DNA of 64,000 nt, taken from assembly GCF_006345805.1 (NCBI RefSeq), contig NC_042997.1, positions 151,218,001 through 151,282,000 of the forward strand. The letters run 5' to 3'. This DNA is from Octopus sinensis (Eukaryota). Below the pieces are notes generated by a model. The model saw only the letters and a list, made by a program, of their open reading frames with translations. It searched no databases and was not told where the DNA came from. How positions within the stretch are numbered: position 1 is the stretch's first letter; every line of letters starts with the position of its first letter. The position numbers and the translations under genes were made by a program. Of this stretch, positions 12,988 through 24,997 are shown in pieces.

Positions 12988-13957
12988 GGCGGCGAGTTGG
13001 CAGAAACGTTAGCGCGCCGGGCGAAATGCTTAGCGGTATTTCGTCTGCCGTTACGTTCTGAGTTCAAATTCCGCCGAGGTCGACTTTGCCTTTCATCCTT
13101 TCGGGGTCGATAAATTAAGTACCAGCTACGCACTGGGGTCGATGTAATCGACTTAATCCGTTTGTCTGTCCTTGTTTGTCCACTCTATGTTTAGTCCCTT
13201 GTGGGTAGTAAAGAAATAGGTATTTCGTCTGCCGCTACGTTCTGAGTTCAAATTCCGCTGAGGTCGACTTTAACTTTCATCCTTTTAGGCTCGATTAAAT
13301 AAGTACCAGTTACGCACAGTGCTCGATATAATCGACTTAATCCGTTTGTCCTTGTTTGTCCTCTCTGTTTGTAGCCCCATGTGGGTAGTAAAGAAATAGG
13401 TATTTCGTCTGCCGCTACGTTCTGAGTCCAAATTCCGCCGAGGTCGACTTTGCCTTTAATCCTTTCGGGGTCGATAAATTAAGTACCAGCTACGCACTGG
13501 GGTCGATGAAATCGACTTAATCCGTTTGTCTGACCTTGTTTGTCCCCTCTCTGTTTAACCCCATGTGGGTAGTAAAGAAATAGGTATTTCATCTGCTGCT
13601 ACGTTCTGAGTCCAAATTCCGCCGAGGTTGACTTTGCCTTTCATCCTTTCGGGGTCGATAAATTAAGTACCAGCTACGCACTGGGGTCGATGTAATCGAC
13701 TTAATCCGTTTGTCTGACCTTGTTTGTCCCCTCTCTGTTTAAGCCCTTGTGGGTAGTAAAGAAATAGGTATTTCGACTGCCGCTACGTTCTGAGTTCAAA
13801 TTCCGCCGAGTTCGACTTTGCCTTTTATCCTTTCGGGGTCGATTAAATAAGTATCAGCTATGCACTGGGGTCGATATAATCGACTTAATCCGTTTGTCTG
13901 TCGTTGTTTGTCTCTTCTGTGTTTAGCCCCTTGTGGGTAGTAATGAAATAGGTATTT
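12988..13957 (+). mobile_element. tRNA-derived SINE head followed by five tandem ~184-bp body units
   Basis: Single head ggcggcgagttggcagaaacgttagc at 12988. Unit starts (ggtattt) at 13035, 13219, 13399, 13583 and 13767, with a last ggtattt at 13951. Confidence 0.95.
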
Positions 13958-14035
13958 ACGGCCTGGCTGTCTCGTGACTGGAAATGGCTAGGAGTTCACT
14001 CCACTCCTTGGCATATATATGCAGATTGCATCGAA

Positions 14036-14190
14036 TAACCAGCTGGGGGAATGCGTTCCACTGGTGTTAAAATAGGAGTAACATCGTTTCTTACAGTACA
14101 GCCATGATTAAGTAGCAATAAACATTACTTCTCACTATAGATACTGCTTTCATCTTTTATTGAGATTCTAAAATTAGTATATTTGCTTGT
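14036..14190. repeat. Diverged ~150-bp repeat, copy 1 (copy 2 at ~14903-15055)
   Basis: Shared blocks ataaccagc, gttaaaata, acagccatg(a/t)ttaagtag(c/a)aataaacattacttctca(c/g)tatag(a/t)tactgctttcatc. Confidence 0.85.
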
Positions 14191-14467
14191 TGCAACATCA
14201 GTAACTGTGTGCCACAGGATTTCTACATATTGTGATAAGGAATGAACTACTGCTATCCCTAGCGTACGAGTATCCACAATAGGGTAGAAACCGTACGGCC
14301 TGGTGTAAGTATGGAAAACAATTAAATTTTGGAAAACTTAAATTAAAAGATGTTTAAAAGAATACTTGCATAGTATTCAAATACAAGGGTCATTTTCCTT
14401 GTTTCTGCCTGTCTCTGTCTCTCTTGTTTACTCTTGTGGCTTCGAGGTCGTTGTGAATTCTTGGCAG

Positions 14468-14579
14468 GGAAGAAGAAGAAGAAAAAGAAGAAGAAGAAGA
14501 AGAAGAAGAAGAAGAAGAAGAAGAAGAAGAAGAAGAAGAAGAAGAAGAAGAAGAAGAAGAAGAAGAAGAAGAAGAAGAA
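14468..14579. repeat. (GAA)n microsatellite
   Basis: Direct reading. Confidence 0.97.
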
Positions 14580-14619
14580 TGCCGGAGTACTATGATAGTA
14601 GTAGAATGTTAAATGACTT

Positions 14620-14820
14620 TTTTCAGTTTCAGTCATTTGATTGCGGCCATGCTGGAGCACCGCCTTTAGTCAAACAAATCGATCCCAGGACTTATTCTTC
14701 GTAAGCCTAGTGCTTATTCTATCAGAGTATTATGCCGAATCACTAATTTTCGGGGGCGTAAACACACCCAGATCAGTTGTCAAACGATGGTGGGGCGACA
14801 AACACAGACACAAACACGCA
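14620..14820 (-). mobile_element. SINE 3' part, same family as 27390-27830
   Basis: tcatttgattgcggccatgctggagcaccgcc is the reverse complement of gctccagcatggccgaagtcaaatgattga at ~27780. Confidence 0.75.
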
Positions 14821-14826
14821 CGCACG

Positions 14827-14876
<50 letters not shown>

Positions 14877-14902
14877 AATATATATCGGGTGTAGATATCA
14901 AA

Positions 14903-15055
14903 TAACCAGCTTGAGGAGGCGTCCTCCTGGGGTTAAAATAGTAACAATGTCGGTTCCTAAATAACAGCCATGTTTAAGTAGAAATAAACATTACTTCTCA
15001 GTATAGTTACTGCTTTCATCATTTATAGAGATTTTCGAAACAGCTTATTTGCTTG
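14903..15055. repeat. Diverged ~150-bp repeat, copy 2
   Basis: Same orientation as, and aligns by eye with, 14036-14190. Confidence 0.85.
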
Positions 15056-15412
15056 TCATAAAATTTCCTTCTCCAGTAAATTCATGCGTTAGCGTCATAC
15101 GAGAAGCAACATGATATGTTTGTGTGGGAATAATTGTTGCTGAATATGCTTTGTTAAAGTTTGTTTAGTCTTGGTTTATATATTTGTATGAACATATTTT
15201 CTTTGATTATTCTTGCTTGATCTGTGATATTGACTGAACAAAGATGAAGTGGGAGGACTTAAAAATCTCGAGCATTTATTTATTTATATATATATTTATT
15301 TATTTTCTAATAGACACGTTTACTCTGCCGTGTTAGCCTTAAGTTGCTGCACCAAATTCATTTTCACATGACGCTAATGCATGGGCGTAACAAGGAGCGT
15401 AACAGTGACCTA

Positions 15413-15480
<68 letters not shown>

Positions 15481-15509
15481 TGATAATAATAATAATAATA
15501 GCAAATAAA

Positions 15510-15776
15510 AGATAGTGCTCATGGGAACTGCTCATATCCTACGCAAAATACATTCTATGTAATCTCAAGGTTTAAAACAAACATAATTTTCGGTTTAAAA
15601 AAAAAAAAAAATTAATTTTTTTTTAGACATTCATTAGTACAACACCAAAAACTCCCCCCCCTCCAATATATGGCACACTAGGCATAACAACAACATGAAC
15701 TTCCAACCTGTTGTCTCTTGAGGTCTCTGGGTGAGACTTGGAGCCAACTTGTACAAATATAAAGCAAAAGTCAAAC

Positions 15777-15779
<3 letters not shown>
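15510..15779 (+). mobile_element. R4/Dong-type 3' fragment (family B), between (TAA)n tracts
   Basis: gtgctcatgggaactgctcatatcctacgcaaaatacattctatgtaa is similar to VLMGTAHILRK.LSM*. The 3' UTR matches the reverse complement of 41229-41408. (TAA)n on both sides. Confidence 0.85.
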
Positions 15780-15832
<53 letters not shown>

Positions 15833-15844
15833 GCAACAACAACA

Positions 15845-16000
15845 ACATCGAAAAATACCTTAGGAAAGAGAACCCTGGTTCGAAATTTCCCCAAGACACC
15901 TGATGAAGCCTGGAGGGTATATCAGCCGCAATGTTGTGTTAACAACAAACACGATGAGAACAAATATCCGTCAAATGTTAGTAATGTAAATAATGTATAT
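15845..16000 (+). mobile_element. Penelope-like terminal repeat with degenerate minimal hammerhead ribozyme
   Basis: gacac-CTGATGA-agcctg-gagggtatat-cagcc-GCAA-tgtt-gtgtt. A homologous copy lies on the minus strand at 24190-24350. Confidence 0.65.
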
Positions 16001-16069
16001 CACGATTGTTCTAGAGAGGCTACAGCATTATGCACAAGGATTACAATATTGTGACGATTTGAAATTAGT

Positions 16070-16750
16070 AAACCTTCTACTTGGCCAGTAAGGCGGTCAC
16101 GCTATGCACCCTTGTTTCTTGTGCTACTGGGAGTGTAGGGCGACAAAGGTTCACTGGGTGAGAAAAGAATAAAAGAATGGCCCCCAAAAACAATTTCACG
16201 ACAGGTGACTATGGCATCTTTAATAGCCCTCTAATTGATAGGGGAAAAAACATCGTCTTCCTCCCGTCACTGAATATAAGACTATGTGTGAGGAAGCAAT
16301 TGATCGAAGCTCTTGATCACTGCGGAGAGGGCTTCAAGTATATATGTACAACTTTTCCAAGTCTCAGTGATGACAAGAGGAAGACTGGAATATTTGATGG
16401 ACCTCAAATAAGAACACTCCCAGGAGATCCACATTGCATTAGAACAATGAGTGCGGCGGAGACCAGAGCTTGGAATGCCTTCTCTAATGTGATGCGGAAT
16501 ATCCTTGAGAACAAAAAAAAAACTGTGACAACAATCAAAAAACTATGGAGGAGCTGCTTTTGAGTTTGCAAGCACTTGGATGTAGAATGAGGAACAAATC
16601 GCACTACTTACAGTCATTTAGTTGAGTTTCCATAGGACCTGGATGATGTTAACAAAGAACAAGGTGAACATTTTTATCAAGCCATAAAAGTAATAGAAGA
16701 ATGCTGCCAAGGCTGATGGGACTCAAGCATGATTGCAGATTACATACATG
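16070..16750 (+). mobile_element. DNA transposase C-terminal remnant, Chapaev3 (CMC)-like
   Basis: Frames read LLGQ*GG.AMHPCFLCYW, PLIDRGKNIVFLPSLNIRL..KQLIEALD..GEGFKYIC..FPSLSD.KRKTGIFDGPQIR, ETRAWNAFSNV, EQGEHFYQ.IKV.E..CQG.WDSSMIADY. The superfamily name is from memory of this motif set. Confidence 0.7.
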
Positions 16751-17904
16751 CAAACGCACAAATATATATTCATTCACACACGCATATTTGTGTGTGTATT
16801 TCTGCGTGAGTATATAAATATATCGGTTGTATCTGTCAGAAAACCAACATTTTTTTAACAATCGATATATACGCTTGCGTGTAGATTCGCACGCAAATTA
16901 TATCGATTCCCTATCATTGCAATACATACTTCTCTGCTCATCTGTAATAACTAAGATTTGCGAGCATATATATATGAATATATTTTTAATATTTTTCCTG
17001 GCCTATTTCCTTCAGACATTTCTTCTATCAATTTACAAGGGTGAGTTTTTATTGTCAACGTCATCCTCTTTCTCGTTTCTCCTTCCTTGCTTTGTCTTAT
17101 TTGTTTACCTTTTGACATTTTATATATTTTATTTTATCTTCTACGCATTCATTTTTGCTACTAACATTGTTTTCTTTGTCTCCCAAGATATTTGCTTCTA
17201 CAATCTGAAATTTTTATTTAAAGAAGTTATCATCATCTGACTCAGCCAACATGCCTTGGTATTATTCGATTTTGTACACGACATTACAAATATCATTTTC
17301 CATTTTTTGTTTGATTGTGATTCATTGTTATAGGTCTTTCCATTTGTTGCTTTAATGAGAGTATTTAATTCATTAATATTCGCATTATATGTTTGCTTTT
17401 TTATCTTTGTTATTGTAGTTTCCAATGAACTACTGAAATCATCTTGTTCGAAACTAACTAATTAAGGAAACATCAAATTTTTAAAGGTAGCGAGATAATT
17501 GATAAATTTCCTTAGGTGAAGAGGGAGGTGGCACATTTTGGCGCCAGAAGTCGCCTTAATGAAGAACTCATTAGGTTCACTTAAGCAGTTGCAGACTCTG
17601 AAAGAGAGCTGATGAGGATGTCGTCCGTTGCTATTACAGATTATATTTCTTCTTTAGATCAACAGAACTTGTTGATGAATAACAAATAATTCAAAACAAC
17701 ATCAATTTAAATATATATATTATTCTACGCTATCAAATCTTGTGCGTTTTCTTTTTTTTAAGATTTCTAGCCAATAGTTAATTTTCAAAATAAATAAACA
17801 AGAATAACAGAACACTAATCATAAAAAATACTGAAAATTTAAATAGATCATTAGCATGATTTCATAGCATAAAAAATACCCAACAGCGCATACAAACTCA
17901 TAAT

Positions 17905-17937
17905 GTACTCAAATACATGCATATATACATACATACA

Positions 17938-17971
<34 letters not shown>

Positions 17972-18200
17972 CACACATGCATGCATATATATACATATAT
18001 GTATATATACATACATATATATATATACATATATATATGCATATATATATACATATATATATATGTGTGTATGTATGTGTATATATTTGCATAGATACAT
18101 GTACATATATGTATGTATATATATATATATATATGTATGTATATATATATATATGTATGTATGTATGCGAGTGTTTGTGTTTGCGTATGCATATGTGGGT
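17905..18200. repeat. (TACA)n/(TA)n compound microsatellite
   Basis: Direct reading. Confidence 0.95.
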
Positions 18201-18839
18201 ATATTCATATGCATATAATTCGATAGAAATAATATGTATCTCCATGATTTGGCTCAACTACATCCTCATGAGAGAAATACAATTTTCAATTTGGACAATT
18301 GCAATTTTCCCATATCTAAAACCCACTCATACATTGGCACTAACAGTACAATATTCCTGTTATGAAACCCATGCTAGCAGAGCCAATATAAAGTCTTGTT
18401 TGTTGAAGATATTGATTTCCTTAGTTCAGCATCCTTTGTTTGTTTATGAGAAGTTGTCAAAACGATCAGACAGAAAAAAAAATAAATTAAAATATATTCA
18501 GAATATATTACAGATAACAACAAAAACGGCAGCAGTAACAACATAAAACATCCTAAAAATTAGAAAATAAATAAACAGGAGTGATTCTATAAATCGGGTG
18601 AACAGTTCGAATGATATCTAAAGACACTTCGTCGTCATGAAAACACATTTTGTGTAAATAGTTAAGAAAAAAATATTCAATCATTTACATTTTATTTATT
18701 TTGAGTATTTTTAAAGTATTCATTTATCTCCTTTCTTTTTTCTTGTTTTGTTTTTCATTTAAGGCAGCTTTTTTGTATAAAACAAAAGCACACAAACAGT
18801 TCTAAATATGTATTGCGGAATATATTTTAAGTGAAACAT

Positions 18840-18853
18840 ACAAACATACATAC

Positions 18854-18901
<48 letters not shown>

Positions 18902-18973
18902 GTAGATATACATATATGTATATATAAATATATATATATACATATATATGTATAGATGTATATATATATATAT

Positions 18974-19024
<51 letters not shown>

Positions 19025-19135
19025 ATATACATACATATATGTACATGCATATATATATATACAAATATACAAACACACACATATATATATATATATACAT
19101 ACATGCATATATATATATATATACACACACACATT
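18840..19135. repeat. (TA)n-dominated microsatellite
   Basis: Direct reading. Confidence 0.95.
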
Positions 19136-19393
19136 TACATGATCATATATTCAGACATTTGTCTGTATGCGTAAATCTCTGTGTATTTGGTTTTTGCATA
19201 TTTAAGACTGAGGTATATATTGAAACACATTTAAGTGTATGTAATATATGTAATATATATGTATATATGTAAATGTTAATGTGTATTTTTATATATACAT
19301 TTACACACATAATTATATGTATATATATGTATATATATATATATATGTACTTATATATACATATATATATAATTTAATTTCAACTATTTATAT

Positions 19394-19438
<45 letters not shown>

Positions 19439-20404
19439 ACTATCTTGGTATACAGAGAAATATAAGAGTACACATATAATTATTCTGTGATATGACTTAC
19501 CCTCTATGAATATCAAGTCATTGATGTTACGTCAGCTATTAATATTTATGTATGTTAACCTTTGTAAGACAAGGTTTTGTAAATTGAGTTATTCACGTAA
19601 AGAAGACAGCTATACTATGTGCATAGGTGCAACGAAAGTGCTCGACTCTGTTTCTAAAGTGAATACGCACGCGAGCATTCATACATATGTACATGGATGT
19701 TTATATTTGTAATAGTTACAACGTGGCCTTCTGCATGTTGTTTCATTTACTTCACATAAGATAACGAGTCGTAACATAAATCTCTATGAAATAAATTCCA
19801 CACGAAAGAATGTCTTAGATCACCTTAACAATGAGCGGCAGTATGCCAGTATTGTGGGATTTCATTTGCCGTAACTAAATAAAACAATGAACCAAATATG
19901 TACATACACGCATATTTAGGATCGGATGTGTGTATGTGTATGCCTGTGTGTTCATTTGCGTTATACACGCCTTATAACGACATTGTAAACTTAATAAACT
20001 ATAACTAATTACAAAACAGTCCCACCGAAGTATAAGAATTTTCCATTTAACCATAATATACATATTAAACTTGGTCAGCTCATCTGTGTTTATGACTTAT
20101 GAGATGAATAAGTGCGCTAAAGTAAACAACTTACGATACAATATGTATTGCTGTGTCATTAGCGATAGTCAAGCCATTCGGAATTTCGATCAAAATATGT
20201 TTTCTGGAATTGCTAGATTAGAGATGAACTTATTGTTGCCTCCAGTATTAGAGCAGACACAAAGGAAACAGTCAATCTTGAATGACTGGTGCAGTTCTGA
20301 TTCTCTAAATGTTAAATCCGTATATAAAACAAAATAATTCATGTAATTTACTTGAAAACATCAACGGAATACGTAGTATTATTATTCATATTTACGAAAG
20401 CGAC

Positions 20405-20610
20405 AAGGTGGCAGAACCATTTGCACAGCAGGAAAGATGTTTAAAGGCATTTCGTCCGTCTTTACATTCTGATTTCAAATTCCACCGAGGTCGACTTAGC
20501 AATTCATACTTTCGAGTCGATAAAATAAGTACCAGTTTAATACTGGGGTTGATGTAATCGGTTTATCCTCTCCCCGAATTAGTGTGCCTTGTTTCAAACT
20601 ATGAAACCAA
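20405..20610 (+). mobile_element. tRNA-derived SINE (main family)
   Basis: ggtggcagaacc head, ctgatttcaaattccaccgaggtcgac, gtcgataaaataagtaccag, ggggttgatgtaatcg. Confidence 0.85.
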
Positions 20611-23584
20611 TATTCATAATTTGGTAATTCAAAGAAGAAGACCATCGGTCATTGGTTCAACGAATCACATTTGTTTTTAAATACATGCTTGCGTCTTATT
20701 GAATTTCAGTTTTGTATTTTTTAAGTTTTAATACTGCAGATGCAAGCGGTTTAAGGTCTTTATGTTTTGTAGCTGATGAAATACATAACATGCATGTACT
20801 GTGGTTTATTCAGTCCTCCAAAGCTACAATGTGGCTTTCTGCCAGCTTAGGAAATCATGTTTTGGGAATAAAGGCATAGATGCCAAAAATGACACTACTT
20901 GTTCGCATAGCTGTTAGAATGTGTCAAAGGCGAAGTATATTTGCTGGCAAAAATATTTTGCATAGAATTAGATTAGTTCCAACCAATTCGCTGACTTCAA
21001 GTGCCAGAGGGCTACAGAGAAGTTGTTGTCTGATAGTTTAATACGGTATTGGAAATCTTAATTAGGAAATGCTCGGAAGGACTACAAGAGTTGATGTTGT
21101 AATTAGTGTAAAGAGTAGGTTTGATGCACAAAATCGGTGAAGGTTGACCGAAGGGCGAAAATGCCATCAGTTATGGGACTAACTATGGACACTAAAAAGA
21201 AGCCTAGTATAATAGAGCAAAAGCTTCAGCCTCTAAACAGGAATAGCTGGTACCTTAAAAATAAGAGCCAATAGAAATTATAATAATAATAATTATGATA
21301 ATTATTATAATAAGAGCCAATAGAAACATAACCAGGTCTTCTGACACCATCACCACAACTGCCTACGCGGCAGCACAATCTGCTTCGTGCAGCCACGACG
21401 TTAAAGAAATGACTGCAAATTTAAATGTAAATACAGGTACTGAGAAATCAGCAGCAGGAACAGAGATAAAAATAATAAAACTTTGGTATCTGTATCAGCA
21501 TATATCAAAAGAAGCATCGCCTTCATGGCCTACCGCATCACTACTAACAAAAAATGTCAATGGATCATACAACTTTCCTCACCCTACCTGGAACCAGTAA
21601 CACATGACTTGAAGTGAATGTAACGGAGAAGAAATCAAATGGTCACCTGTAACAAACAAAAGGAAAAAGAAAAGTGATTAAGTCACCAGAGAAAAACTGA
21701 GAGGTGCAAACTATTGGAAGCTACAATTGCCAATAACGTCGAAAGAAGACAACCATCTTCAACAACAGCACTAATATTATCAACACCAACATCACTACCA
21801 TCACGATCACACCTACCACAGCGAAAAACATCATCACAAAAATATGGTATACGCAAAAGGAAGGACCACATCTGAGAAACATATACATCCATAAATACAA
21901 AGGACGAGTCAATGAAAACAAGCCAACAGATATAGTTTCTGAATGCACATGGCCTGCGTCACCTTGGTTCCAGGGCTACATGCTCAACAATCTTTTTTCA
22001 CTATATATGGATGTTGTGTCTGTCAGCGGATCTTCAGTTTCCATTGTCGGTGGATATAAAATCTATCTATATCTAAGTTACTCTAGAACATCGACCAATA
22101 CAGTGTCAGGATGGCTGGGAACATGATATAGTAAGAATATGCACCTATTTTACTTTAATTACCGACACGCTTTTGATGCTTTGAGTGACCGGATGGATTG
22201 GGCACAAACATTCAGTCTTAGGTTACGCTATTTCTCCTCGAAACTGCGTGTAAAATTCCCTTTTAAGCTGCTAACTCGGATCTATATCTCACTATCCCTT
22301 CCCTTTTCTCTCTCGCACCCAATCTTTCTTTCCATTTACTATTTCTGTTGTTAAGCAACCTACATTTTTACTAAGATTTCCAGCAAACTAGATTTGCATG
22401 TACTTTTCGGTTTAGAGTTCATGCAGACAATGTCAACAACAATACAGGCAGAGTGAAATATATAATGTAATCAATCGCCGTACAAACCTAATCAATTAGT
22501 CGTACTTCCGTAGAGAGGAGAAAAAATAATTCTGTTTAAATGATTAATTGAGGTCAACAAAGAAAAAACACACAAATACAGCTATATTGTATTAATGATA
22601 TTGACAGAGTTCAATCATTTTCCGGTCCTTTTCCCTACCCCTTTATTTCTCTTTACATTATCAGGAGGAAAAATGCTGCCCTATGATTCGCTTTCTCTAT
22701 ATCCCACAGTATGCCCATGTTGAATGATGCTTGATATTACCACTAACAGCTTCATACTGATGTATCAGGTTAACAGAAGAGGGAAGACACACGGATGCTC
22801 GCATAAACAGACTAAGATTCATGCATGAGTGATTTTAAAATCGATGATAAAACGAAACGCATGTACCGTTAAGAACGTGCAAGCTCTATTGCAAGTCAAA
22901 TTGCCGTTGAATTTTAACACCAGGTCAAGCCTAAGATGACCTAAAATCATATTGTTCTGAATGTCATCGTCCCCACTTAGTAACGCTAATGTTTTATTAT
23001 ACTATTTCTATCTGACTTAGTGCATACTTAGAAATGTCTTTATTGATGTTAAACTATTAATGGCTTTAGAGAAAATGATCAGCGTGGTGTATCTTATAAT
23101 TTTTGATTAACTGAAAGAACACAGTGGAGACAGTTTTCCTGTCGCATCTGCTGTCTTAATTCAGGCATAATTACTACATTATCCACTGAATCATCTCGTT
23201 ATTAAAATGGTTGAGTTAGAATTACTGGGAATTTTTTACTTTCTTTGGCAGGTCCAACAACCACTTTGAGACACCTTTGGCAGCCTGACTCGAGCAGAAG
23301 GTGTGACATATTGTTATTTTCTGCTTGAAGTAATTATATTTCCTGCTCCTCCTCTTCTGGTCATTAGTCTGAAAGAGTATGCCTTATTTCATTCTATCGA
23401 AATCACAAAATTGAAGCTCGATGGATTTATGACATTTAATGAAGACTTTGAATTTAATTTGATCAGGTCGATTTTTAGTTTTAGTAAATTAAATGTCACT
23501 AATTAAAAGTAACTTAATACATCATGTTGAATTAATAGACCTATGACCAAAAGCATTCCAACTTTAACCACCGTGTTCTTTTGC

Positions 23585-23995
23585 GTGTCAAGCACTTCTG
23601 TATTCAATATGTAATTTGCATTAAGTTGGGATGAGATTTCAGAGTATTTGTCTACTGTATATTTCTTTTGGGTTACGAAATCTCATGAAGCACCTTTCTT
23701 TTGGCTCGATGTAAATACCAATCTTCCATAGAGGTCACACAGTTTTTCCTTATCACTCGCTGCTTCCAAATGTGTAATTTTGTCTTGGTGTTACAAATTT
23801 CTAGGGGAAAACGTGAAGAATTTTACCATCGTTGTTGTTGGTGTATACTCCAATCCAAACCCAAATGAGCAAACATACAAACAGTAAAAAGAATGTCATG
23901 CACTCAACATGCCATTTCATGTCAGAATTTTGTCAGAGTATATCATCTCTCTTTAAAACGAGATAGTTGTATTTTAGGGGAGATTTGGTTTCTGT
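23585..23995 (+). pseudogene. Possible degenerate F-type lectin (fucolectin/F5-F8-like) domain
   Basis: Consecutive frames give VTKSHEAPFFWLDV / IEVTQFFLITRC / ENVKNFTIVVVG / SCTQHAISCQNFVRV...SCILGEIWF, in the order of the FTP consensus (HT..PWW.VDL, V.I.NR, RL.NF.I.V, C..GRYV, LCEV.V). The reading needs frameshifts and includes a stop. Confidence 0.3.
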
Positions 23996-24189
23996 TTAGC
24001 AAATGTAATGACAACGAAAAGGTTCCTTTCTTTGAAATGTGGTGGCTTTCATCTTTGCTGTATGATTATTTAGAAACTCTGTAGCATAGAGTTATAACTC
24101 TTTATATTAGATTTCGTACCCTAACAAGGTCGACTTTTATTTAATTTTTCCACAGTCAACAACATTTTATATCATATTGATTTAACTTT

Positions 24190-24375
24190 ATTTACATTTG
24201 ACGAATATTTGTCTTCATATTGTTTGTTGTTAACACGACGTTTCGGTTGATATACCCCATTGGGGAAATTTTGAACGTGGGTTCTCATTCCTAATGTTGT
24301 TATTATTATTATTGTAATTCAGGTCACTGCTTAGAATCTCGCTCTTAACCACTACACCAGATGCCCGTGGGCAAT
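24190..24375 (-). mobile_element. Penelope-like terminal repeat (family of 15845-16000), internally deleted
   Basis: Reverse complement reads cagtgacctgaattac(aat)n..ttaggaatgagaacccacgttcaaaatttcccc..gggtatatcaaccGAAACGTCgtgttaacaacaaaca..caaatattcgtcaaatg. Confidence 0.7.
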
Positions 24376-24609
24376 TATGGAGGGAATTTTAGATCTTATA
24401 AATCTAATATTTTCTTATCTTTTCTTAATACCGGTTCCCAGATACTATTCATATTTGCACTCAGCCTAGAATATGTGCTTCTTTGAGTTTTCGCATTTTC
24501 CAGTGGTGTTCCTTGTCTATTATTTTAACTTCATTCCACAGGGGGAGGTAGTCTCCATTTTTCCATGCATGATCAGCTATACCCGATTTATCCATATCTT
24601 AACTTCAAA

Positions 24610-24820
24610 TTTTGGCACAAGGCCATCAGGTTCGGGGGCAGGGACGTAAGTTGATTACAGGGACCTCAGTACTCAACTGGTAGTCATTTTATTGAACTCC
24701 GAGAGTGGATGAAAGGTAAAATCGACGTCGGCAAAATTTGAACTAAAAGCTTAAAGTCGGACGAAATACCGCTAAGATTTTCACCCGGTGTGCAAACGAG
24801 TGTGCCAGCTCACCACTCTT
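24610..24820 (-). mobile_element. tRNA-derived SINE (main family), diverged
   Basis: Reverse-complement core gatgaaaggtaaaatcgacgtcggcaaaatttgaact; head gccagctcacc. Confidence 0.8.
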
Positions 24821-24844
24821 GATTTAACATTTTATATTAGTTTC

Positions 24845-24997
24845 AAAATTACATAGTCTCCCGTGCTCAACTGACACTTATGTTATCGACCCCGAAAGGA
24901 TGAAAGGCAAAGTCGACCTCGGCGGCATTTCAACTCAAAAAGTAATACCGGAAAGCATTTTGCCGGCGTACTAACGATTCTGTCATCTCGCCGCCTT
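24845..24997 (-). mobile_element. tRNA-derived SINE (main family)
   Basis: ttatcgaccccgaaaggatgaaaggcaaagtcgacctcggcgg...ctcgccgcc. Confidence 0.9.

Noticed and set aside
12988-13060. tRNA-like A/B-box sequence
   Set aside because: It is the head of a SINE, with no complete cloverleaf and continuing into the SINE body.
13035-13957. Regularly spaced repeats superficially like a CRISPR array
   Set aside because: The units are full-length ~184-bp near-identical SINE bodies with no unique spacers, in a eukaryotic context with no cas genes.
17608-17635. CTGATGA-ggat-gtcg-tcc followed by GTTG
   Set aside because: It lacks GAAA and stems I/III, and the heptamer is expected by chance in 64 kb.
17851-19272. 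Many long ORFs (YIYI/CVYV/HTHT-type), here and at 7386-7739, 36717-37535, 39151-39919, 46607-46973, 53951-55696 and 63047-63739
   Set aside because: They are translations of microsatellites that lack stop codons, not genes.
20880-21230. Faint RTE-type RT similarity (FNTVLEILIRKCSEGLQELML)
   Set aside because: It is only one weak motif and the YADD box is not recognisable.
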